Source: Macrostomum lignano (Eukaryota). Taken from it: a stretch of DNA of 64,000 nt. Location: positions 1-64,000 of the forward strand of contig NIVC01002311.1 of NCBI GenBank assembly GCA_002269645.1, read 5' to 3'. Position numbers and translations under genes: made by a program. Within the stretch, counting starts at the first letter, position 1. The number at the start of each line of letters is the position of its first letter. Below, one piece after another: positions 1 through 13,269 of this stretch. The notes under the pieces are model-generated. The model was not told where the DNA came from. It made no database searches and saw only the letters and a list, made by a program, of their open reading frames with translations.

Positions 1-124
1 AATAGAAGTCACCGTTATATCGAGACTAGCACTAGACTGCCAGCATCTCACCCACAGTGCTTCCAATATCCATATAAAACTGCAAGGTATGCGTCTGATT
101 GGAGATTGATCTGCATGTACAAAA

Positions 125-148
125 CAGGGGTCGGCAACTCTGGCCCGC
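125..148 (+). mobile_element. hAT-type terminal inverted repeat fragment
   Basis: CAGGGGTCGGCAACTCTGGCCCGC resembles the common hAT/Charlie terminus CAGGGGTCGGCAACC..GGCCCGC; no partner end found. Confidence 0.3.
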
Positions 149-207
149 AAGAACTCTCTGTCCGGCCTGAGAGAAACTTCACAATAGCCATCCGGCGCGC
201 TCATGGT

Positions 208-330
208 TTGTGTCTCTCTCTCAGCTCTCTCTTCTCTCCTCTCCCTCTTCTCTCTTCTATGGTCTCTTCTCTCCTCTCCCTCTTCTCTCTCATCTCCTCT
301 CTCCTTCCATATCATCTCATTTATCGTCTT
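208..330. repeat. CT-rich low-complexity tract
   Basis: Polypyrimidine TCTC/CTCC run. Confidence 0.8.
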
Positions 331-1039
331 AGCTATTGACCTGAATCAGAAAGTCTTTGTTACGAATTAATTTTTAGCATGTGTTTAAGACGCGCTTAGC
401 ATGCGTTTAGCACGTGTATTATTAGTGCTTTAACAGAGACCTTGAACTGATAATACGAGGTACAAGCAATCAGCTTCACCTGCTGTAAAACAGCTCACCG
501 CCTCACCTGTCCTCTGCAGCTATCATACAACGAATATAATTCGGTCATAAATAATTGGATAAGAACGCCTTGCACGACCTCATCTCTATTGACTGTCAGC
601 CTTCCTCTTTGCCATGCTGCGCCAAAGAGGACCGCCGTCTCTCTCTGTCCCTATATCAGGTCGACTTAGTCTCTGGCTTATTTCTATCTCTCTCTGTTAG
701 TTCGCTTCTCCGCAAATGAGGAAAATATATTCTCCAAGCAGTGTTTTTTAGTTCGGCAGTTGACCACCTGGGCCGGAACTGTGACGACTCTGTCTGTCAG
801 GGGAGCGAATTTGTGCTCGACAAAGGAAATTAGATGGGCAGTTGCAATAATAAAAAATGCGCATATATAAAGAGATGAGATAGGCATTGGATTATCTATG
901 GTGTACTTTTGTAAGTGTCAAAGACTAGCTGATCTTGTTGATCAGACTGATAATAATAGCTAATTTCTAATTCCCAGTGTTTAGGGATTAGGCTGAGTTA
1001 GCCATCCATTTCATTCATTGATCCCTTAGAGAGAGTAGC

Positions 1040-1950
1040 AATCCATTCTATTCAATAACCTATTGGATAGATTAGCAATTCATTCTATTTATTCATCTAC
1101 CTATTGGTTAGATTAGAAATTCATTCTATTTATTCATCTACCTATTGGTTAGATTAGCAATCCATTCTATTTATTCATCTACCTATTGGTTAGATTAGCA
1201 ATCCATTCTATTTATTCATCTACCTATTGGTTAGATTAGCAATCCATTCTATTTATTCATCTACCTATTGGATAGATTAGCAATCCATTCTATTTATTCA
1301 TCTACCTATTGGTTAGATTAGCAATCCATTCTATTTATTCATCTACCTATTGGTTAGATTAGCAATCCATTCTATTTATTCATCTACCTATTGGTTAGAT
1401 TAGCAATCCATTCTATTTATTCATCTACCTATTGGTTAGATTAGCAATCCATTCTATTTATTCATCTACCTATTGGTTAGATTAGCAATCCATTCTATTT
1501 ATTCATCTACCTATTGGATAGATTAGCAATCCATTCTATTTATTCATCTACCTATTGGTTAGATTAGCAATCCATTCTATTTATTCATCTACCTATTGGT
1601 TAGATTAGCAATCCATTCTATTTATTCATCTACCTATTGGTTAGATTAGCAATCCATTCTATTTATTCATCTACCTATTGGTTAGATTAGCAATCCATTC
1701 TATTTATTCATCTACCTATTGGTTAGATTAGCAATCCATTCTATTTATTCATCTACCTATTGGATAGATTAGCAATCCATTCTATTTATTCATCTACCTA
1801 TTGGTTAGATTAGCAATCCATTCTATTTATTCATCTACCTATTGGTTAGATTAGCAATCCATTCTATTTATTCATCTACCTATTGGTTAGATTAGCAATC
1901 CATTCTATTTATTCATCTACCTATTGGTTAGATTAGCAATCCATTCTATT
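1040..1950. repeat. 41-bp minisatellite, about 22 copies
   Basis: Unit ATTAGCAATCCATTCTATTTATTCATCTACCTATTGGTTAG; period checked at 1081 to 1122. Confidence 0.97.
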
Positions 1951-2536
1951 CCTTCCCTGATGATATTAGCAACTGAATAGTTGAGAAAACATGCACAGCA
2001 ATCTACGTACATTTTGCTTCAAATTAATTTTAATTTTCTGCACGCCAATGGAAAATGCGTTCAGACAAGAAGGCATTGAAATCGCTCTAAGCTCTCGCCT
2101 ATATTTCTCAGTGCATCTGGGAGGCAAGGATTTTTGCATGCACGGCAATACCGGTTCTCCGGCCCATGATTTATTCATGCAGCTCATGCATAGCGATGGC
2201 TGGGTTGAAGAGACGAAGGACAGACAAAGGGGTAAAACACTTGAAATTCTGTCAAGCTTGAAGCAGCAAGAAAGGGAGTCTTATAGCAGCTCCCTCTGTG
2301 GCAGCCAGTCTGCATTTATTGCTAGCTAGCTGTGTTTTCTAATTTCACTAATGGGCCCGGTGCCTTTCTGCCCGACATGATTCAGTTGTCAGGAGATGCT
2401 TCAGAGCTATTTGAAGGGAGGTGTTTGGGATTAATTTTTTTGCTGCAGCAGCGTGCTGCCACACAGACACGCAGACACACAGAAGCAGTGCATGCAGTTG
2501 GCTTTTCATGGGGAAATTAAGTCTACGAAATTTGGA

Positions 2537-2540
<4 letters not shown>

Positions 2541-2570
<30 letters not shown>
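2541..2570. repeat. (TG)n microsatellite
   Basis: Pure TG run. Confidence 0.97.
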
Positions 2571-2572
<2 letters not shown>

Positions 2573-2908
2573 CATTGTCCAAAATCGTTTGCGTTGGTCA
2601 CGTGATGCTTAATGTTAATAGCTTGTGATAATCGTTGGAGCCGTTGGAATGGCTCGTGTATCCTTTCTGCAAGCAATTCTAATATGCTTTAAGGACTCCG
2701 TTGCAATTTGAGCAAATCACTGATTTCTTTGGAAATAAAGTGCTCTAGTGAGAATTGAGAAGGCCATGGAAATGAGGGCATTCATCAGCCTGATTGTGTA
2801 CCTGCCGGCCTGATTATGTTACATTTTTGTTATTGAGTATGCGTGCTGTGGCTCTGCGGTTTATGAAACCCCAGATGAAAAATCTGCCTGCAGAATTTGT
2901 GTCTCTTC

Positions 2909-3315
<407 letters not shown>

Positions 3316-3769
3316 ACTGTACTTTATGGACTCGAAAATTTGCCCAGAATTGAGGAACTTTTTTGGCGATCTTCCACCTTAATTATGGTATTATCTAGTT
3401 TATAATTTCTTATAAGACACACTTATCTCACAAGAACAGTCAGGACCCAAGGCGAGCAATGATCACTTTGATCAGCGGTGGCCATCATCAACGGACCCTT
3501 AATCACCAGCTTTAATCTCAAGCTATATACCGCTTAGCCATCTATGCATTCCCTATCGGCAGTTTAGACGAGGTTATGCATGTAATTACATATAAGAATC
3601 TCGTCGCATTCTTAGACTTTGATCTCATTCGTTTTTGACAACAACAGCAGGCTTGTGTTTAGCAAATCGAATTCGCCAATATGAAAGTAAGTACATCGCT
3701 TCGCCGTTAAATATCGATTAACTCATTTAGATCTTTTCGACTTTTATTAATTTACTCCAATACTGAACA

Positions 3770-4420
3770 ATGGGGAGTGAAGGGAAGTCACAGTGGGGAG
3801 TGAAGGGAAGTCACAGTGGGGAGTGAAGGGAAGTCACAGTGGGGAGTGAAGGGAAGTCACAGTGGGGAGTGAAGGGAAGTCACAATGAGGAGTGAAGTGA
3901 AGTCACACTGGGGAGTGAAGGGAAGTCACAGTGGGGAGTGAAGGAAAGTCACAGTGGGAGTGAAGGAAAGTCACAATGAGGAGTGATGGAAAGTCACAAT
4001 AAGGAGTGAAGGAAAGTCACAATAAGGTGTGAAGGGAAGTCGCAATGAGGAGTGAAGGGAAGTCACAATGAGGAGTGAAGAAGGGAAGTCACAATGAGGA
4101 GTGAAGGAAAGTCACAGTGGGAGTGAAGGGAAGTCACAATGAGGAGTGAAGGGAAGTCACAGTGGGGAGTGAAGGGAAGTCACAGTGGGGAGTGAAGGAA
4201 AGTCACAGTGGGAGTGAAGGAAAGTCACAATGAGGAGTGATGGAAAGTCACAATAAGGAGTGAAGGAAAGTCACAATAAGGTGTGAAGGGAAGTCGCAAT
4301 GAGGAGTGAAGGGAAGTCACAATGAGGAGTGAAGAAGGGAAGTCACAATGAGGAGTGAAGGAAAGTCACAGTGGGAGTGAAGGGAAGTCACAATGAGGAG
4401 TGAAGGGAAGTCACAGTGGG
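3770..4420. repeat. ~23-bp minisatellite
   Basis: Unit CACAGTGGGGAGTGAAGGGAAGT with variants. Confidence 0.95.
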
Positions 4421-4739
4421 AAGAATATTGAAATATGAAAAAACCTTGGCGTATTGAGTAGCTGTCGCTCAGAAGCGGAGCAGAATAACACTGAGCTCTC
4501 AGCAACCAACTAGGGAAGAGTCGTTAACTCGGAATACTCAAAGCAGCCAATCGGAATGTCCGAAGAGTTAGGGACAAGTACGGAAACAGGAGAATGAAAC
4601 TGAGCTGCCAAATTCGCAATTCGCCTTTTGCAAAAGGAGAGAGAGATACCTAGGGAGTTAGCAAAGGATTGACACTGACAACTGGAGAATCAGGAGCTAC
4701 AGTTCAGCCCAATATTATTTTTAAACAACGAACAGCAAC

Positions 4740-4866
4740 ATGCAGCCGCGCACCGGGGTTGTCATGGCAACCGTCGCTTTAGCCATGCTGACTGTCGCGC
4801 TGGCGCGTTTGGACAACGGCGGCGTCGATTTGGCCGACTGGCTGGAGGAGCGATCGAGGAGCAAGG
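4740..4866 (+). CDS. Putative neuropeptide precursor, exon 1 (signal peptide)
   Basis: ATG 4740: MQPRTGVVMATVALAMLTVALARLDNGGVDLADWLEERSRSK; hydrophobic signal ending ALA; phase-1 donor G|gtaaca at 4867. Confidence 0.8.
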
Positions 4867-5236
4867 GTAACAACAGGGGCTTAGAGGGATTAGGAAAGTA
4901 CAATTGCAAATAATGACAATAGAGGGAGAGCGTCCTAGATGACAGTTGAAAACAAGAGGATTAGATTAATAATGAAAATTATAGAAATTTTACATACAGA
5001 CAGGCAGACACAAAGACACATGAACTGGGGTGGACACAACTGACACCAAAGCACTGGATGACTTGGACACATAATGCATACTAGGGCATTGTGCACTGGA
5101 CACTGAGACAAGGAAGAAAGCAATATTTTTTGCTTTTAAAATCATTTCTAACGGAAGATTATCCACTGCCAGCAAGCTGCAAACTTTGTTCCATCATTAT
5201 CTCCATTATCCCCAATTGCCATCTCAACCTGAGCAG

Positions 5237-5454
5237 ACCGACTTGGTCCGAGCGAGTCCCGCCGCGACACGCTGGAAATGTTGCCGGCCACCAGGCGCCA
5301 CGATTTGCGACTGCTCCGGCTTGCCCGACGACTGGCCAAGGAGCTGCGAGAGGCGACCGAAGCGGCGGCGACTGCTGCGGCGGGCCACGACTCGGACCTA
5401 GCAACGGTTGTCAAGCGGTGTCGCCTCGGCCGGTTCTCCTGTCCGATTGGCTGA
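5237..5454 (+). CDS. Putative neuropeptide precursor, exon 2 (KR-CRLGRFSCPI-G-stop)
   Basis: Acceptor cag|AC in matching phase 1; reads DRLGPSESRRDTLEMLPATRRHDLRLLRLARRLAKELREATEAAATAAAGHDSDLATVVKRCRLGRFSCPIG*; total 114 aa; absent from the ORF track because it is spliced. Confidence 0.8.
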
Positions 5455-6343
5455 ATTGTCGATATGTCAGTCGCATCCTGCATAGCCACTAATATATTAT
5501 CTGTGGAGATCTTTGAGATGAAATGGACCGATAAAAAACCTTACAACGCTGCAACAACCCCCGAATGAGGGCTCCTCATCTTGAACTCAATTTTGGTCGA
5601 AAATATACAGTACATCAAGTCAGTCCCGATCCACCTATACAGGCTGTTTGCGTGCGGTTTAAGGAGGCACTCTGAATGAACTTTTTCAAATGATGTTCAT
5701 AGTTTAACAATATCGCGAAATTTGCTGTTCGGATCATAAATCAGCGTCACAGGGCGCGTTTCACAGCTTGAGCGCAGTGGCGTAGCCATGCAAAAGGTTC
5801 AAAGAGGGCCGTGCACGGCCGTGCACGTGCATATGCTGGCAGAATGGGGTCAGCAAGCAGGCAGTCGACGGTTGGTCGCCTAACCGCGTTAAGGTTTCAG
5901 GGCGCTGATAAACGACGGTACAACAGGCGATCTCAGAATCGTTTAAAGACGATTCTCGAGAGTTTTCTTGACAAATCGACACGTCATGCATTTGGTTTTT
6001 GTTACGATTCCCAAGATAGTCTGTGGGTGGTTTTAAGGATGGCCCAGGGCTGATGCATAAACAGCCCGATCTTGAATTTATCCAGCAGGAAGATCTCGAC
6101 CACCGCGTCAAAACAACGTCCGATCGACTGCGCTACGATGTCGCAGTTCGTAGTTGGAAACTTCGGTTGGTAAGCAAGTCGTCGAAGAAGACGAGAGGTT
6201 CCGTGATCTGCCTGTCAGCGCGCGTTGAGCACGAGGACGAAGTTGACCAAGGAATTTGAAAACGAATTGTTAAATAGAGTTTCTCGCTAATCTCGATATG
6301 CAGAAAAAGAAATTTCCTTCGTCAATTTACCAAGATTTTTTAT

Positions 6344-6392
6344 AAGTAAACGACGCGTTTCGCCCTCGGTGGAGCATCTTTAGGTTTATTTT
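6344..6392 (-). ncRNA. Degenerate minimal type I hammerhead ribozyme (Penelope-like pLTR type)
   Basis: Minus strand UAAAC-CUAAAGA-U-GCUC(CACCGA)GGGC-GAAA-CGCGUC-GUUUA: stem I UAAAC/GUUUA, stem II, GAAA, palindromic stem III ACGCGU, GUC site; core G5 is A. Confidence 0.65.
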
Positions 6393-7624
6393 ATTTAAGA
6401 AAAAGTTAATCATCAGCGTTAGCATTTTGAAAAGGCAGAGAAAGCCAACAGAAAACTTCATTAACTTTATCTCTACAAAACAAAATTTTAATCTCTAGCT
6501 TTAATCTCAGTTTGTTGAATTCGCGCTACGGTTTCTTTCAACCATCTACTTGTACAGTACTTGTACATCGCTCGACAAATTTCCCGGCGAGGGAAGGCAG
6601 AAGCTGGCTTGCTTTTTTTCACGCTGTCTGCAATCTTTAATATGTCGGAATTGTTTTGAAACCTCAAAAGGCAAAAGTATTGTATCATAAAAAGTGCGAT
6701 GGCACGTGTACTGGAATCCTGCAATTTAGTCCTGAAAGTCACTAAGATGTCAGAGACTGACTTGGTCTAAAAAATCATACATGTACCTGTTGCATTAACT
6801 GTCTATATTATTTTGCGAAGCAGCAGGCATAATCATGGCTGCATCTGTATAGCATATCTACATGTATACCCAAAGCTTGAGAAGCAAACAATCATAGACT
6901 CAAGCAAAATCATTTGTTGAAGCGCAAAGCAGTTTACACTCCCAACTCCATTATCGCAATAACTCTGGCAGTTCAACCAGAACGTTCCATCTGCACGGGC
7001 GGCCTGCCAACCATGACTTACAGCACAGGCATATGGTATAGGCAGTATATCCGTATCCCCAGCTTTTTTTGTATGCATCCATGCATCGGATTTTTTAAAA
7101 GCTTGCTTTTTTAAGCCTTCTAAAAGCTGTAGAGTCGGATTTCAATCCTCTACTATGTACATGAACGCACATAGGTACATATATAGTAAGCAAGTCACGA
7201 GACAATAATTGATTATATAAGCTACTCATATTTACACCACATATTAAATTACGACAGTGCTTCTGCACTACGCTTAAGATTACCGTTCATCCACTGAACC
7301 TTAAAAGTAAATGATTCATTTAGGTATATAGCCAGGAGTCTACGTTTATATGCACTTCGCGCAACATTCAAAACTTGTCAAGACTTGTACTCGTACGTGT
7401 ATCTGTCAACTATTCGAGAGACAGATATTTTGCGATTTGCTGCATAAGATAGTAAGAATTTGTAAGGTAAACCAAAAACTCAAGCACTCTCTGGGATTCC
7501 CTAATATTAATTAATGATGTCAGTTAGTTTCACTATAGGACTGTATATTTGCATGTCATGACAGGACTTTAACCTAAAAATTACAGGAAGTCACTAAAAG
7601 CCCTGTCAAACACCCTCAATTACC

Positions 7625-7755
7625 TCAGGTAAATGTGGTACCCATTTTACAGCCAGGTGAACATAATACATGCTGTCTTGCTCAAGGACACAAACAGTGT
7701 TCCGAGTGGGACGAAAATCGAACCTCTAACCTTTCAGTCGCGAGTCCGGCTACAA
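7625..7755 (-). mobile_element. tRNA-derived SINE copy
   Basis: Reverse complement carries B-box-like GGTTCGATT then TGTGTCCTTGAGCAAGAC..GTTCACCTGGCTGTAAAATGGGTACC; same family as 19145-19330. Confidence 0.7.
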
Positions 7756-8814
7756 CCCTCCTGAATTTAAGGTTGATACCAAACAAAAAATCCCACAATG
7801 CCTATCGGATGCGATAGATACGATATATTTAGCCATACTGAAAATAGTTTTAGCAATTTTTTACAAACTTGCCATGACTGAAAGCTCTGATCCCGCGTCG
7901 ATTCAGACAGGAATCTGCTTCCTGTAAAGAAAGCAACAATCGGTAGAGATGCATTGTTACTTGTTAATTTAAAACGATATGTAAATGTAACAAAAGCTAT
8001 ATTAAGCTGGTGTTTTCAATGGGGAGAGAAGAGATCGAAGGCAGCCCTATAGCTACGAGTAAGAGCTAAGAATCGACACAGACCGGCTTCTACGCGTCGA
8101 AGCTGCAAAAAGTTCCATTCAATGTAGTTTTGAGCTCAACCAGACCAAGCGTGAATAACTTGAGCTTGATAAATCCAATTGAGGAATCCTTACTTATACA
8201 TGCCAGTGCACCAGAGAAAAGCACGTCCTTGCGTTTTTTCGTGATTCTATAATCAGTATGAATTTTCGAAGCTATAAAGACCCAAGTTTGTAACTCCACA
8301 TATAAGAGTGCTACTTGTACGAGCGTATAGTTTCATCATTAATGGCTAAAAATACTTCAAATTTCATGAAAGCTATAGACTAGGTGCAAACAGGCTGAAC
8401 TGCTAATGCAACGACCTGGGTTCGAATTTTTATCATGAAAAATAACTTATATAAAAGTCTTTTCAACCAAGCAAAGCAGACTTGACTTGAGAAAAGGAAA
8501 AAGAAATTAGAACTCAATCAACCTTCAATAAACCGCTTCGATCTTGGAAGATCGTCCAAGCTTTTAGACACGGCAGATTTTGTCTGCATTGCATTTTGCC
8601 CCTCCGTGCTTAGTAAGTCTTATTACGTTCCGGTGGGTGACTGCATATCAAATTCATTTTTTGTCGGAGAAGTTTTCATTTCTATATACATGCAGGGGTA
8701 AAATGTACCCGGTACATACATAAACATCGGTGAGCTATTAATTAATACATGAATATGCCATGTTGCATTTTTGTCCCCTAAATCTCTTTTATAAGCGAGG
8801 TTAATGGAGGAATT

Positions 8815-9460
8815 GGTGAGATGTCAAGGCTCACGGGGAAATTGCTGAGGTGAGATGTCAAGGCTCATGGGGGAATTGGTGAGATGTCAAGGCTCATGGG
8901 GGAATTGGTGAGATTTCAAGGCTCATGGGGGAATTGCTGAGGTGAGATGTCAAGGCTCATGGGGGAATTGGTGAGATGTCAAGGCTCATGGGGGAATTGG
9001 TGAGATGTCAAGGCTCATGGGGGAATTGGTGAGATGTCAAGGCTCATGGGGGAATTGGTGAGATGTCAAGGCTCATGGGGGAATTGGTGAGATGTCAAGG
9101 CTCATGGGGGAATTGGTGAGATTTCAAGGCTCATGGGGGAATTGGTGAGATGTCAAGGCTCATGGGGGAATTGGTGAGATGTCAAGGCTCATGGGGGAAT
9201 TGGTGAGATGTCAAGGCTCATGGGGGAATTGGTGAGATGTCAAGGCTCATGGGGGAATTGGTGAGATGTCAAGGCTCATGGGGGAATTGGTGAGATGTCA
9301 AGGCTCATGGGGGAATTGGTGAGATGTCAAGGCTCATGGGGGAATTGGTGAGATGTCAAGGCTCATGGGGGAATTGGTGAGATGTCAAGGCTCATGGGGG
9401 AATTGGTGAGATGTCGAGGCTCATGGGGGAATTGGTGAGATGTCGAGGCTCACGGGGAAA
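8815..9460. repeat. 29-bp minisatellite, about 21 copies
   Basis: Unit GGGGGAATTGGTGAGATGTCAAGGCTCAT. Confidence 0.97.
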
Positions 9461-10637
9461 TCGCTGAAATTCTGTGACTCATGGGTTACTGAGTTGCAAA
9501 GGATTAATTGGAGGTTGTTGGTAGTCCAAGCATCAAGGGGGGAGTGAGGTTTAGGGTTAAGCCATGGCTTTAAAGGGAAGTTTTGATGATATCTTAGGCT
9601 AGCCAGCTGGCTTTGAGGTCTGATGTTTTCATGCTTTAAACATCATTTTTCTTAGGAAACCTAGTAACTATACAAGGTCAAAAGCTGCATGTGATTTTTT
9701 GATTTATTGATAAAAAATGTGATTCCTTTCTTTGCGCGAAGATTACTAGTGCGTATTTTTAAACCGCCGTCTAGATTGCAACCCACTGCAAGGGTTCCAT
9801 ACGAGATTATATCAGTAGATTTCGAATCCAGAGTTTCTATACGTTATTTTTACACCTATGCTCTAGAGATTCCACTTAAAAGCTAACAATTATTAACTTA
9901 AAAAATAATCTTAAATCATTTAGAATAAACAAATTAGATTGTTTTAAGCAGGCAAAAGCTTAAACAAAGAGTGCATAGTCATATAGGTGTAATATAGCCG
10001 AATAAATATGATTTATGACCAATGAAAGGCACAGAATCGCCCAATGGTAAAAACACCAAACTAGTACAAAACTGCGCCACTTAGAAGTAACAAAATACAA
10101 AAAAATCGAATGACAGAAAAGGAAAACACTGCAGCAATGACAAAATAAATCAAACAAGGCAGTTATTAAAATTATCAACTTAGAAATAACAGCAAGCATT
10201 ATCTATGCAGCTAGTATAACTCTGAAATATAAAAAACCCAAGATCATGTCAATCATTCTTACAACAACAGCCGTCTTGGCTGTTCAGTCTCATAATTGAC
10301 CCACAGGATATACTCCGCAATAGACGGAGCGGAGGTGAACTGAGAGTTTAATTAACCAGTAGCTTATATTTTCTGTATGACAACCACTGTTCAGATTGGA
10401 TGCAACTTACCGAAGAGACAAAACTAATAAGCATATGCAATCATTGATCGATTCGAAAAGACCTGATAATTAATGAACAAAACGACACGAGGGGAAATTA
10501 ATAACAATATGTTAAATTCATAAAAAATTACAAGAATACCGAGAGGCATTTTTTGCAAAGAGTGTATTCCATAGAACACAGTTGTTGCAGTCGATTTGGT
10601 AACAACAGCCAGTCAAAATGATTGCGCTAATTTTGTG

Positions 10638-10813
10638 TAGGTTGGTTCATAAGTAGCCGAACACAATTATAAACACAAAAATACGCTCGTATGCATTAAT
10701 TTTTTAATCTATCATTATTTCTTTTATGTATTGTTAACAAAACTTGTTAGTTTTTAAGTTTTACATTTTCAGTTATATAGGATTTGGGTTCGGCTACTTA
10801 TGCACCATTCTGT
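10638..10813. mobile_element. Mariner-like MITE
   Basis: Inverted ends TAGGTTGGTTCATAAGTAGCCGAACAC and GGGTTCGGCTACTTATGCACCA; left end resembles the mariner TIR start TAGGTTGGTGCAAAAGT; AT-rich noncoding core. Confidence 0.6.
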
Positions 10814-12008
10814 ATTATAAATTCCATTGCATTCCATCAATAATACATGCATATAGGCAATAAATGACTGACTCGGAACAACGATGCACTCAAAATATGA
10901 AAGTCAATTGTGACTTTATAAAAGTACGCAACAGACTTGCAATTTGCGCATTCAGGCATTTACCAAGCAAAGCTGAAAGCGTTAAACTTGGGTGAACAAG
11001 ACATAGCGGACAAAAAACCCAGGGCATCGGAGCGCTGTTTAAAAAACAATCGATAAACTTCAGTCTCCAAACGGGCCAACCAATCCAATAAGGGAAAAGC
11101 TAAATTCCGCTTAGGCCAAAGAAATAAAGTTAGCCGTTAGTGGGGGTGGGGGCAAGACAGAAAGGAGGGGCGGAGTGGGGTTGGTGCAGTGGTGCTGATT
11201 GCTGATAAAAAAGGCTGACCAAATTACTCCTACCCTGCCGGCTAAATAGCAATAAAACTTGTTTAAAGTCTACAAGGAACGGGGGTGGTGGCCGGAAGGG
11301 GTGAGACGTGCCTGTGGGTTAAGGTTAAAAATCGATATCTCGCCTAACGAAACCTACCCTAGAAAGCTACGAGACGAGTCTGGGGCCTGTTCCGTGCGAT
11401 ATAATGCAATTAAATTTTAATTTGTGATGCTTAAAGTCCTACCTAAACACTGCCAAAGCCATATGCACGTCGTAAAGCATTTGTAATTAAGAGTCACACT
11501 TAAATTTATTGTCAACTTAATTTTCACCAGCTTTTTACTGGGACAAAATCTAAATTTAATTACTAGAAACCCACAACATACCACTTTAAGTAGCGAAATA
11601 CGAACATTTTATTACAAAATTTACTATAAAAAACAAAACTTTATAATGATAATGATCAACAATGGAAATTAATAGAAATCAATTACAAAAACACCTTATA
11701 AGGCTTTGCTTCAGATATCCGATAATATTGAGCTATTGAGCTAATGCTATTATAAGTAGGTAAGTAGGTTGATATATTACATTCAAAATATAAACAAAAA
11801 TGCTGTTCGTAGTAATACAAAATGAAACAAAAACACAGGATCGATGGGGAGAATGAGGAAAAGCAAACGGGAATACAAGACAATTGACGAACTTACCTAA
11901 AATGGCTGAAGCGCCTCGTCATCTAATTGAAAAAAAACTCGCCACTCAGCATGCATAATGAAATGAAAATCAGCGAGATTGTTAAAAACAACTAAAATAA
12001 TTAGCCGC

Positions 12009-12560
12009 TCAATCAGTCTGATCGGCGTTTTGTTTTTTGTCGTCATTTTCCGAATTGCTCTCGACGACTTCGTTGACGGGACCAGCCTGGGCGGCCGGTG
12101 CGGCGGCTTGTTCAACAAATGGTCGTTTCGGTCTAACTTTCTCGTAAACAAACCGCTGCTCGCGCCATTCTAATAAATCGGCGCCATCAGCGGCGGCGCC
12201 GTCGCCGTGTTTAGTAAAAGCCCGATTTCTTGCATAGTGAAATTGTCGTTTAGCAAAATTGTAGAACTCCTGCTCGAGCTGCCAGGCCGGGGTTTTCTTT
12301 AATTTCTCAATCGTCGCCTGTGAAGGCGGCACCTTGTGCGAAGTTCGGCGCAGATGCGATTTCTCCCGACTGCGGTAAGCCGCCGTTAGGCCGCGAAAAA
12401 ATCTTGGCAAAGCTGATTCTAATAATATGATAAAATCGCCCAGCTCTTCGGTGATGCCAACTAAGAAATATTTATCAACAAGGTTGCGCTTCGCCTGCTC
12501 CAGGGCCTCCCGGTTGCCAGGCTGCCAGCAGTGGGCGTCGTGGCCGCAGAAAAACGGGAC
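12009..12560 (-). CDS. HS2ST1: Heparan sulfate 2-O-sulfotransferase, exon 3 (last)
   Basis: aag|GTC acceptor; VPFFCGH..YFLVGITEELGDFIILLESALPRFFRG..KSHLRRT..QLEQEFYNFA matches the HS2ST C-terminal half; TGA at 12009. Confidence 0.95.
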   Translation of the reverse strand, partial: VPFFCGHDAHCWQPGNREALEQAKRNLVDKYFLVGITEELGDFIILLESALPRFFRGLTAAYRSREKSHLRRTSHKVPPSQATIEKLKKTPAWQLEQEFYNFAKRQFHYARNRAFTKHGDGAAADGADLLEWREQRFVYEKVRPKRPFVEQAAAPAAQAGPVNEVVESNSENDDKKQNADQTD

Positions 12561-12609
12561 CTTGAGCAACATGACAGGGATTCATAATATCAGAACTTGC
12601 TGCTTACTA

Positions 12610-13235
12610 ATGCATGAAACACCTAATTTCCCATTCCTGAAACACCTGATTTCCCATTCCTGAAACACCTGATTCCCTATCCCTAAAACACCTGATTTCC
12701 CATCTCTGAAACACCTGATTTCCCATCCATGAAACACCTGATTTCCCATCCCTGAAACACCTGATTTCCCATCCATGAAACACCTGATTTCTTATCTCTG
12801 AAACACCTGATTCCCCATCTGAAACACCTGATTTCTCATTACTGAAACACCTGATTCCCCATCTGAAACACCTGATTTCTTATCCCTGAAACACCTGATT
12901 TCCCATCCATGAAACACCTGATTTCTTATCTCTGAAACACCTGATTTCCTATCTCTGAAACACCTGATTCCCCATCTGAAACACCTGATTCCCCATCTGA
13001 AACACCTGATTCCCCATCTAAAACACCTGATTCCCCATCTGAAACACCTGATTCCCCATCTGAAACGCCTGATTCCCCATCTGAAACACCTGATTCCCCA
13101 TCTGAAACGCCTGATTCCCCATCTGAAACGCCTGATTCCCCATCTGAAACGCCTGATTCCCCATCTGAAACACCTGATTCCCCATCTGAAACGCCTGATT
13201 TTCCATCCCTGAAACACCTGATTTCCCATCCCCAA
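12610..13235. repeat. 21/22-bp minisatellite filling HS2ST intron 2
   Basis: Unit CTGAAACACCTGATTCCCCAT. Confidence 0.95.
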
Positions 13236-13269
13236 AACAAAAAATCATTACATAAGACCAAACTCTCAC

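Noticed and set aside
1040-1950. CRISPR-like regular repeats (also 8815-9460)
   Set aside because: Head-to-tail units with no unique spacers, no cas genes, eukaryotic context
8375-8430. tRNA gene
   Set aside because: Only an anticodon-like loop and B-box (GGTTCGAAT); no acceptor stem; probably a SINE head fragment
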